64,000 nt of DNA from Thermoplasmata archaeon. Lineage in GTDB: Archaea; Thermoplasmatota; Thermoplasmata; Thermoplasmatales; GCA-001856825. The notes beneath the pieces were generated by a model, which saw only the letters and a list, made by a program, of their open reading frames with translations, was not told the origin of the DNA and did not search any database. The DNA lies in contig JBMFVV010000007.1 of NCBI GenBank assembly GCA_049965815.1, positions 328 to 64,327 of the forward strand, given 5' to 3'. The position numbers and the translations under genes were made by a program. Below, one piece after another: positions 38,826 to 46,410 of this stretch (position 1 is the stretch's first letter; every line of letters begins with the position of its first letter).

Positions 38826-40061
38826 CAGAAGGGTAGTATTTCCCATGAAATCAGTGAATTAAGGGAGAGTAGATACAATATCTTCATTAAACAGAGCACC
38901 GTCTTTAGAAAAGTTTAAAGCGAAATGATAAGGTTTTCACCCTATAAGACTACAGAACAACTCTCTCTTAGGTAAGAGTGTTAATCTCTTTGCCCCTCCT
39001 CCTATTTCTTCTTTTTCTGCTCTTTCTTAGGGTATCTGGTTTCTAATGTTTTAGAATTGCTCCTGTTTGAGTGCTCAGCCCTATTTCTGGTAGGTGTTTT
39101 GGTCCTTCTTTGTGCTTTCATTTTTAACTCTGGATATATTATACCGAACTGAGCCTAATTAATATTTGCATTATATCTGAACATTCCACATTTCACATCC
39201 AATATACTCAATATTCCATGCGTAATTAGGCTAATGGGGGCATAAGGTACCTTCCATACGAGTTCGTGTTTCCTGTATGAAGAGAGTTACTTCCCCTCTT
39301 AACATACCATCACAGCATCACATAATTCATAACGCTATGCTGGCATCTCGAATGTAACATTCTGGTCAATAATATTGACACGAACTACACTCAATGGCCA
39401 CTCAGTAAATGTTACTTTGCTCTAAATTAATAGTATTTTTAATGGACCTGATGGAACGTACGCATATATGGTCCATTTGCCTTCTTGATATACAAGCTCC
39501 AAACAGTAAAGGAACGTTGAACGTTTTAGTGGGCATCTGTAACATCATCAATTGCAGCTAAACAAGTCAGCGCCGCTAGCAGCAAAACACAGATCATACA
39601 CTATATGCAATCGTAGTTGTGATCATCGTAATTGCAATAGTTGGGCCAGTATTTGCTACGGGAGAAGGAAGCAACCTCCAAATTATTATCTATTATTTTT
39701 ATCAAATTCAAATTCAATGGAAGCGATATGCTTCCATGTTCACCTTTCCAGTAAGGTGCTAGAATCTCTAGTATCAAAATTAGCTAACTAACGTGTTTTG
39801 AAACTGCAATTATATTTCCTTAAACAGTTATATCTCCAAATCGCTAAAAATCGACTGGTCTATTTTCAGGTCAGTTGACCTCATATTATATCTCTTCTTT
39901 CTCTACTCTTAGAAAAATCTGAATCTATTAGTTAAAATGAAGTGACATTTTCTTAGAAGTAATCTCCAGAGGCAATTTCCACATTGTCTCTTCTGTCCGA
40001 ATTCCAGTAGAAGATTTTTCCATGACGCTTAATAGTCAAATTGAAAATCTGTATTGAGAAG

Positions 40062-40346
40062 ATGAGAAAGGTTACGATCGTAATAATGGTTATCCTCCTC
40101 CTGCTTGCACTCTTCGTTTACTAAGATTATAGTGTTCCTCACAGTACTACCCTAGAAAGCCCCCGGGTATACATAACTTTTAATTTATCTTCCGCTAATG
40201 CCAGCATTCTCATGCATTCTATCAACCAAACAATCAACGATTTCTATCAGAGGGGCGTTATTATAGGTGTCTTTGCAGGCCTGTTCGTAGGGTTTATTTT
40301 CGGAGCAGTCCTTGAGGGGGTCAGAAGGAAGAATAAGCCTCCTTAG
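40062..40346 (+). pseudogene. small bitopic membrane protein ORF interrupted by an in-frame TAA (or a 20 aa hydrophobic peptide followed by a fortuitously open frame)
   Basis: Hand translation: MRKVTIVIMVILLLLALFVY*DYSVPHSTTLESPRVYITFNLSSANASILMHSINQTINDFYQRGVIIGVFAGLFVGFIFGAVLEGVRRKNKPP*. TAA at 40122-40124. A second TM plus basic tail lies at the C-terminus. Confidence 0.3.
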
Positions 40347-40435
40347 CCGTCCTAATATACTGTAAAAAGGCCTAGAATCATATCCATGAAGTGTTTATAA
40401 AATGGGCTCTATTAACGCCAGCCTGAAGATTTGTC

Positions 40436-41361
40436 TCACGGCTTAAACTCTCTCAGCTTGAAATTTACTTCATAGAGAAACACTTCAATGTTGGGGATCA
40501 TTTTTAATGCGTAATCCAATCTTTTGTCAAATTGTCCAGCCACAATAATTCCCCTGACACCCTCGTCGTGTTTCTTTTCCTTTATCCACCCCATATAACG
40601 AGCTATCTGTCCTACGGTACATCACTTGTTTGATCCTTTTTGAGTTCTATTACAACATAGTTCTTAGATCTCTTATCTCTTGCCAAAATATCTATTGGCC
40701 CAATCTCGGTTTTATACTGCTGACTTACTAGTTCCCCTTCCTCATAAATCAGTTCATATCTTTTAGCAAATTCAGTCGTATCCCAATTTTCTATTATGAA
40801 GTTCTCCAAAGTCTTCTCCATATAGAACCGTCCTTGGCTTTCTATTTGAGAAGAGACTGACCCTGGCAACAAAAGAATAGACTTGTAGTAGTTTAGAATG
40901 GTTTTAAGATCAGCCTGTAGTTCTTCTGCTCTAACAACAATGTCAGTCTTGTCTCTATAGATTGAGGTTCTTCCAGAGGACTTATCTATTTTATATGCTT
41001 TGAAAACGAAGGAATCACCATACCTTGGAACATCCTTGTTGAAATATGCACTGATAGTTTGTGTCGAGCTAGTAATTTAATGGGGCCAGGATTTATCAAA
41101 TTCTGCGGTTTCGCTCACTCCATATGCTAGTATTAACGTCCCTTCTTCCTTGTAATACAAATAAACCGGATAATACCCCTTGCTCACCTGTATTTCTGGA
41201 GCTGTAAAAGCAATCCACGGTACTCGTGCTAAAGCACCTTGTCCGAATGAGACCTTCATTTTGAGGTCTTCCCATTTTTTGGGATAAGCAGAAGTTTTCA
41301 AGTCAGTAGTACCTGCCTGAGTTATGAATCGATTTATAATATCTGCCCACTCATTATTCAT
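40436..41361 (-). pseudogene. type IV (modification-dependent) restriction-like protein: DUF3578/MrcB-N DNA-binding domain plus NucS/DUF91-like PD-(D/E)xK nuclease, inactivated
   Basis: The track ORFs 41077..41361 (…KVSFGQGALARVPWIAFTAPEIQVSKGYYPVYLYY…) and 40612..40872 (…IGPIDILARDKRSKNYVVIELKK…) lie in one frame, joined across a single TAA (41077-41079). After a 1 nt frameshift at ~40613-40620 the domain continues: VGQIARYMGWIKEKKHDEGVRGIIVAGQFDKRLDYALKMIPNIEVFLYEVNFKLREFKP*. Confidence 0.7.
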
Positions 41362-41362
41362 T

Positions 41363-41551
41363 TCATATTACCATTCTTGGTCTGCAAAGAAGCCATTTCT
41401 GGTCAGTTAGTATATATTCTCCAGAATTTAAGGGTTCCATCAGATCGTTAGCGTGATTCCTCTGATTTAGCTTATTTTTAAACCCAAAGATGATTAATAT
41501 TACTGTACTTATTTGGCCTCCGAAGACAGGGGGTGTAGCCTCCATCCACAT
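41363..41551 (-). CDS. hypothetical 62 aa ORF, possibly a gene remnant
   Basis: The ORF-track entry ends 1 nt before the restriction-like pseudogene's ATG. No family recognised. It lies in the decayed AT-rich island. Confidence 0.2.
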   Translation of the reverse strand: MWMEATPPVFGGQISTVILIIFGFKNKLNQRNHANDLMEPLNSGEYILTDQKWLLCRPRMVI

Positions 41552-41807
41552 TGTAAAATTAATCGGCTCCTTAAAATATGAAACATAGTTAGTATATCGA
41601 TGAAAGGAAGGTATAGGGATATCCCCGCTATTTTGCTGTTTATCTATCCGTGCTTACAATAATTCTAGCTGTTTTTTTGTTTTATACCTATCTTTCGCAG
41701 AAAGATGTGGTTGAAGAAGTGAGGAAGCGCTATAACGCATTATTTCGCAACGAGGAGGTTGAGATGATGGAGGGTTCAAAAACATGCGGGTGGAGCTACG
41801 ATACCTA

Positions 41808-41882
41808 CGGGCGCAAGGGGATTTGAACCCCTGACCTATGGCTTAGGAGGCCATTGCCCTATCCAAACTAGGCCATGCGCCC
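41808..41882 (-). tRNA. tRNA-Arg (anticodon CCU)
   Basis: Folded by hand on the - strand. Acceptor GGGCGCA/TGCGCCC, D stem GCCT/GGGC (one G-U pair), anticodon stem ATGGC/GCCAT with loop CTCCTAA, T arm AGGGG-TTCAAAT-CCCCT, discriminator G. No encoded CCA. Confidence 0.9.
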
Positions 41883-42087
41883 TTTCAACTGGAAATGCTT
41901 AACACGTTTTAACGTTTGCGAGCATTTTCCATCTGCACTACTCATGAAGACTAGGGAGGATGAAAAAGTTACTAATAATAAACTAAAGAAATGTCATTGT
42001 TATAGGGATAGACAGAATTTCAACGATTGATTGAATTGACTAAGTCATAAAAATGGAATATAAAAAAAGGAAAAGTCAAAAAACTGA

Positions 42088-43017
42088 CTACTTTAGGTAT
42101 GAATCTGGCACCTGTTTGAGATTATTCTTGATTGCTTCTATGCTTTTCATGAACTTTTCCTTTTGTTCTGCTGTAAGGTTTACCTCTACAACTTTTTCAA
42201 CGCCATTCTTCCCAAGGATCACAGGGACCTCTGCGAATACCCCATTTACTCCATACTCCCCTTCAAGGAGAACACTTGCTTCTAGGGCAGTCCTTCTGTC
42301 ATTCACTATTGCATTTACCATCACTGAGAGCCCGCCAGCTGGACCCCAGTTGCTGCTAAACTTCCTCAGATTTGTTATGTCTCCTCCTGCACTTATAGTA
42401 TCCTTGACAACTTTCGTATACTGATCTTCGGTGAGATAGGTTTTTAGACTCTTCCCATAGACAAATGATAGTTCTGGAACAGGATACATGTTTTCACCGT
42501 GTTGTCCAAGAACAAGTGGTGTTATTGCGGAAGGTGAAACCCCAATGTACTGTGATGCATAGAATGCCATTCTTCTCGAGTCTAGGACACCACTGAAACC
42601 GATGACCCTGTTCCTGGGGAACTTCAATTTGTTGTAAAGTACCGTAACCATCACATCAAGGGGATTCGTTGTTATTATCACGATTGCATTGGGTGCGTAC
42701 ATCTTCACCTTTTCAGCCGTCTGTGATACTATGTCCGCATTCTTTACCGCGAGTTCTTCCCTTGTCATCCCAGGTTTTCTAGGAAGGCCTGCGGTGATAA
42801 CAACAATGTCGCTTCCTTTTATGTCTTCATAGTTGTTTGATCCTCTTACTTTCACGTCTTTTCCAAGAATAGCTGCTGTGTGATTTAGGTCAAGTGCTTC
42901 TCCCTGAGGAAGGCCCTCCACTATATCGACCAGATTTATGTTGTTATCTAGTTCATTTACCATGAATAGGGCCGCAGTAGTAGCTCCTACTCTTCCTGAG
43001 CCTATTATAGAGATCAT
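42088..43017 (-). CDS. mdh: malate dehydrogenase (LDH-like family)
   Basis: 309 aa. MISIIGSGRVGATTA Rossmann motif, ITAGLPRKPGMTREEL, and catalytic GQHGENM. Confidence 0.9.
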   Translation of the reverse strand: MISIIGSGRVGATTAALFMVNELDNNINLVDIVEGLPQGEALDLNHTAAILGKDVKVRGSNNYEDIKGSDIVVITAGLPRKPGMTREELAVKNADIVSQTAEKVKMYAPNAIVIITTNPLDVMVTVLYNKLKFPRNRVIGFSGVLDSRRMAFYASQYIGVSPSAITPLVLGQHGENMYPVPELSFVYGKSLKTYLTEDQYTKVVKDTISAGGDITNLRKFSSNWGPAGGLSVMVNAIVNDRRTALEASVLLEGEYGVNGVFAEVPVILGKNGVEKVVEVNLTAEQKEKFMKSIEAIKNNLKQVPDSYLK

Positions 43018-43557
43018 ATTCTAACAATTTCTACAGACTTTATAAACTTTCTTTATTCAGAGAATGTCAGGTTTAGGTTGAAATTCGTACAGAATAGTAC
43101 TTCTTTAGTAAATGCAATCAATATTATCGAGTAGTGGCATACAAGGCGTTGACACAGCGCTATACACCATCTTATGATGTACTGGAACTGATGGCATAAT
43201 TCACAATCCTGGTGAATTTTGCCATATATGTTGCAATAAAGAATAACCTGACATAAAGGAACAGCGTAAGCAGCGCTGTCTATCCAGAGATGGGGAGAAA
43301 GGCCTGCCAGCTGAAGCAGTCAAAAGACGTGGAGCAGATGGCAGGAAGTCAAATATCAACGGAATATTTGACAAAGTCTTTATTTAGAAACTCCGAAAAT
43401 GAATAATTGATTGTCATAATGTGTTCTATCACGACTGTTTTACCATTATCCAGTGGTACGAACAGAATAAAGGGTGGTTGTTTAGGGATGGAATCTCTTA
43501 CTGGCTGGGCTATCCCCCGACTACCCTTTTACTCTACTCTTTGGGTTGCGACCTTAC

Positions 43558-44712
43558 TTATCTTGCCTCTATTGGTGTGTATTTGAGACCCACAGATCCC
43601 GTATAGTATTCAAGAGGTCTGAACAGTTTGTTGTTAGTCCAGTATTCCAGGATATGGGCTCCCCATCCCGACATCCTTGATGCCACAAAAATTGGCGTGA
43701 ATAATTCACTCTCAATTCCCAGAACCCTATACAGGGGACCAGCAAAGAAGTCAATGTTAGGCCAGATTCCCTTTGATGCGCCAAGTTTGTCAACCATCAT
43801 TTTCTCAGCTCTAAGGGCAATTTTCAGCAGTGTCTCTACCTCACTAGATGGTTCCTTCGTCAAGCTCTCTTCCAGGTATCTTCTTACGATCTTTGCCCTG
43901 GGGTCGTATACCTTGTAAACCCTGTGACCGAACCCCATGATTCTTTGTTTGCCTTCCAGGGCTTCCTCAATGTATTTCTCCGTATTGTCAGGCTGTCCGA
44001 TTGCCTTCATCATCTTCAGTGCTGCCTCATCCGCTCCGCCATGGAGAGGTCCCTTCAGAGTGCCTATCCCCGTTGTGACGGCCGAATATATATCTGCCAG
44101 CGTTGATCCCGTAACCAGAACTGAAAATGTTGACGCATTTGTGCTGTGTTCTGCGTGTAGGATAAACATGAGGTCTATCAGTTTCTTCTCAAAATCGTTG
44201 GGCTTCTTTCCGGTTAGCATATATAGAAAATTAGCTGTGAGCCCCAGAGAGCGGTCAGGAGGGACATATGCCTTTTTATCCCTGAATCTTCCATTCACTG
44301 CGGCTATAGTCGGAAGTTTTGCCAGAATCGTAATAATTTTGTCTATTGTATTGACACTTTCTTTGTTCATGGGGTCCTTGTCGTACATCGAGAGCATAGA
44401 CGTTGCAGTCCTCATCACATCCATCGGATGGGCTGATGGTGCCATTATCTTTATCGTATCCATTACTTCCTTGGGTAGCTCGATCCTGTCCTTAAGTTTC
44501 TTATCGAATTCATCGTACTCCTTTCTCGTAGGCAGTTTGCCGTATATCAGCAGATAGGCGACCTCTTCGAAATTGGATTTGTCAGCCAGATCCTCTATTG
44601 CATATCCTCTGTACCAGAGCCTTCCGTTCTGACCATCTACTTTGCATATAGAGCTTTCATCAACATAAATCCCATCAAGCCCAAAGTTGATAGTAGGTTT
44701 TGAATTCATCAT
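43558..44712 (-). CDS. gltA: citrate synthase
   Basis: 384 aa. HAEHSTNASTF, GPLHGGADE and GFGHRVYKVYDPR motifs. Confidence 0.9.
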   Translation of the reverse strand: MMNSKPTINFGLDGIYVDESSICKVDGQNGRLWYRGYAIEDLADKSNFEEVAYLLIYGKLPTRKEYDEFDKKLKDRIELPKEVMDTIKIMAPSAHPMDVMRTATSMLSMYDKDPMNKESVNTIDKIITILAKLPTIAAVNGRFRDKKAYVPPDRSLGLTANFLYMLTGKKPNDFEKKLIDLMFILHAEHSTNASTFSVLVTGSTLADIYSAVTTGIGTLKGPLHGGADEAALKMMKAIGQPDNTEKYIEEALEGKQRIMGFGHRVYKVYDPRAKIVRRYLEESLTKEPSSEVETLLKIALRAEKMMVDKLGASKGIWPNIDFFAGPLYRVLGIESELFTPIFVASRMSGWGAHILEYWTNNKLFRPLEYYTGSVGLKYTPIEAR

Positions 44713-44763
44713 TTAAATCACAAATATAAATAGCATAAACGATTATAAAATATTGTTCAAATG

Positions 44764-44782
44764 TTAGGTTAACTTACCCTTT
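44764..44782. promoter_or_regulatory. DtxR/IdeR 'iron box'-like sequence TTAGGTTAACTTACCCTTT
   Basis: 14/19 identity, counted by hand, to the classical consensus TTAGGTTAGCCTAACCTAA. Located 52-70 nt upstream of the citrate synthase ATG and downstream of the DtxR-like gene. Confidence 0.3.
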
Positions 44783-44938
44783 TTAACTGGTAATTAGAGG
44801 TGCTGGAAATTCATCACCCACAATGGACTACCCGTGAAAGTTTAATGGCGAAGCCAAGCCAAGTAACTCCTTATAAAATTTACTCTAAGGTACAGTCATT
44901 GGGCGATTAAACTGCCTCATTTATGGGAGATTGAACTC

Positions 44939-45331
44939 CTATGCGGGAAGCTTTAACTTGCTCTCCTTTATTTTATTTGTGAATGTCCTCATCTTTTCTG
45001 CTAGGTCTTCGTCTATGAAGTGTTCAAAGAAGCAAGCTCTGTCTTTAGCAGTTTCCTCGTCGCAACCCATCATTATCAGCAGCTCATAAATGGAACTTTC
45101 TTTCCTGCTCAAGTTCTCAAGAAGCTTCTTCCCCTTGTCTGTGAGCGTCATTCCCCTGTATTTCTGATAGTTTATCAGTCCATCATCAGAAAGTTTGCTT
45201 AGCATCTGTGATACGGAGGCAGGTGTCACTTTCAAGAACTCAGCAATCTCAAGAGGTCGAGCGTATCCTTGTTCCTTTATGAAATGATCGATGGATTCGA
45301 GATATTTTTCCCTATCCTCGTTCGTTTTCAC
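44939..45331 (-). CDS. DtxR/MntR-family metal-dependent transcription regulator
   Basis: 130 aa, GTG start. REKYLESIDHFIKEQGYARPLEIAEFLKVTPASVSQMLSKLSDDGLINYQKYRGMTLTDKGKKL is the DtxR-type wHTH plus dimerisation helix. No SH3-like domain. Confidence 0.8.
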   Translation of the reverse strand: MKTNEDREKYLESIDHFIKEQGYARPLEIAEFLKVTPASVSQMLSKLSDDGLINYQKYRGMTLTDKGKKLLENLSRKESSIYELLIMMGCDEETAKDRACFFEHFIDEDLAEKMRTFTNKIKESKLKLPA

Positions 45332-45334
45332 CTA

Positions 45335-45349
45335 CCTAAATTGTTTAGG
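45335..45349. promoter_or_regulatory. perfect palindrome CCTAAATTGTTTAGG directly upstream of the DtxR-like gene
   Basis: Read directly. 6 bp arms with a 3 bp centre, 4-18 nt upstream of the GTG start. The arms are the CCTAA/TTAGG half-sites of DtxR-type operators, in inverted order. Confidence 0.35.
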
Positions 45350-45582
45350 AATTATTACCCTTTTTCACGAAATATTAAATAGATAAACAAAACCTCTTTT
45401 TAACCTAGGGCAATGATGGCAAAGAACGACATGAAAAATCAGATGGTGGCCTTCAAGTGGTCCGGAGGCGATAAATCAGTCTTAAATATAAAAGAGGGAC
45501 ATTATCTGAATCTCTTATAGGCTTGAATTATATAAAGCGGAGTTAACAAAAAATTGAATAAGAACGATGGTGATTTGGGAAG

Positions 45583-46407
45583 GTGCAAGATTCCGTGGAA
45601 TCGGAGAATCTAGTAGAAACTGCAAAAGAAGTCAGGAAATCAATTGTCAGAATGACATTCGAGGCAAAAAGTGGCCATCCAGGAGGATCTTTAAGCGCCA
45701 CAGAAATTCTCACTTACCTATATTTTAAGGAACTGAATATTGATCCCGCAAACCCTAACTGGCCAGACAGAGATAGATTCGTTCTTTCAAAGGGGCACGC
45801 AACGCCTGCGCTTTATTCAGTCCTTTCAATGAGAGGTTTCTTTGATCAGAGCCTACTCCACGGATTCAGAAAAATCAATTCACTTCTTCAAGGTCACGTA
45901 GTAAACCACGTACCTGGGGTGGATATCACAGCAGGTTCACTCGGTCAGGGTCTCAGTAACGCTATTGGTCTCGCACTTGGGGCCAGAATTGATAAGAAGA
46001 ATTATAGAGTTTTTGCAATGATAGGAGATGGGGAATCTGACGAAGGCAGCATATGGGAAGCTGCTTTATCTGCAGCTCATCTGAAGCTTTCCAACCTGAT
46101 AGTTTTCCTTGACAGGAATATGATCCAGCTGGATGGTTTCACGGAAGAAATACTGACCCTTGGCGATCTTGAAGGCAAATTCAGGTCGTTCGGGTGGGCG
46201 GCAATCACAATAGACGGTCATTCTTTTTCAGATATAGCAAAGGCACTTGAGTGGGCTAAGGAGCAAGAAGGGCCAAAGATGATTGTAGCCAAAACAGTCA
46301 AGGGAAAGGGCGTAAAGTTCATGGAGAACAATCCAGAATATCACGGGAAACCGGTCCCGAATGAGGAAAAATTGAAGGAAGCATTAAGGGATATAGAGGG
46401 TGCATAG
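45583..46407 (+). CDS. transketolase, N-terminal (TPP-binding) subunit
   Basis: 274 aa, GTG start. GHPGGSLSATEIL, SKGHATPALY and GDGESDEGSIWEA motifs. Confidence 0.9.
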   Translation: MQDSVESENLVETAKEVRKSIVRMTFEAKSGHPGGSLSATEILTYLYFKELNIDPANPNWPDRDRFVLSKGHATPALYSVLSMRGFFDQSLLHGFRKINSLLQGHVVNHVPGVDITAGSLGQGLSNAIGLALGARIDKKNYRVFAMIGDGESDEGSIWEAALSAAHLKLSNLIVFLDRNMIQLDGFTEEILTLGDLEGKFRSFGWAAITIDGHSFSDIAKALEWAKEQEGPKMIVAKTVKGKGVKFMENNPEYHGKPVPNEEKLKEALRDIEGA

Positions 46408-46410
46408 TAG

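Larger units (their letters stand above)
37464..38897 (+). mobile_element. IS5-family-like insertion sequence (~1.43 kb) with two divergent ORFs
   Basis: Terminal inverted repeats GCTGTGTTTAATGAAGAT (37464-37481) and ATCTTCATTAAACAGAGC (38880-38897), 17/18 complementary. Encodes an intact DDE transposase. No flanking target-site duplication could be found. Confidence 0.75.

Noticed and set aside
34445-38897. Composite transposon formed by the two IS elements around the antiporter.
   Set aside because: The two elements belong to different families (IS1634-like versus IS5-like) and have unrelated terminal repeats. The first has its own intact 6 bp target duplication.
39002-39121. 39 aa, very basic ORF on the - strand (MKAQRRTKTPTRNRAEHSNRSNSKTLETRYPKKEQKKKK) with TATAATATAT ~20 nt upstream.
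   Set aside because: Low-complexity composition, no recognisable family, and a location in the decayed AT-rich island. It may be real but cannot be supported from sequence alone.
39364-39381. Palindrome GTCAATA-A-TATTGAC, and the 8 bp inverted repeat AATGGACC/GGTCCATT at ~39442-39478, in the island.
   Set aside because: These are isolated short palindromes in AT-rich DNA, with no adjacent intact gene to regulate. Their significance cannot be assessed.
39552-39791. 79 aa + strand ORF in the island.
   Set aside because: Cys/Asn/Ser-rich low-complexity translation with no motif. A different frame of the same DNA encodes a startless TM helix. It looks like remnant sequence.
41650-41826. 58 aa + strand ORF (GTG start; LTIILAVFLFYTYLSQKD...GWSYDTYGRKGI) running into tRNA-Arg.
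   Set aside because: Its last 18 nt overlap the tRNA gene on the opposite strand. It has a non-ATG start and no homology recognised.
43174-43191. ATGATGT-N7-CTGA in the mdh/gltA spacer as a possible C/D sRNA.
   Set aside because: The guide spacer is 7 nt instead of ~12. There is no second box pair and no terminal stem.
43937-44557. 206 aa + strand ORF, and many similar 60-150 aa ORFs antisense to long genes (e.g. 24458..24901, 58377..58775, 60301..60693, 373..834).
   Set aside because: They lie entirely within, and antisense to, genes with strong family signatures. Ser/Leu/Pro-rich shadow-ORF composition.
45413-45520. 35 aa ORF (MMAKNDMKNQMVAFKWSGGDKSVLNIKEGHYLNLL) in the dtxR/transketolase spacer.
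   Set aside because: Too short, with no ribosome-binding site or motif support. It is kept only as a note for ribosome-profiling data.
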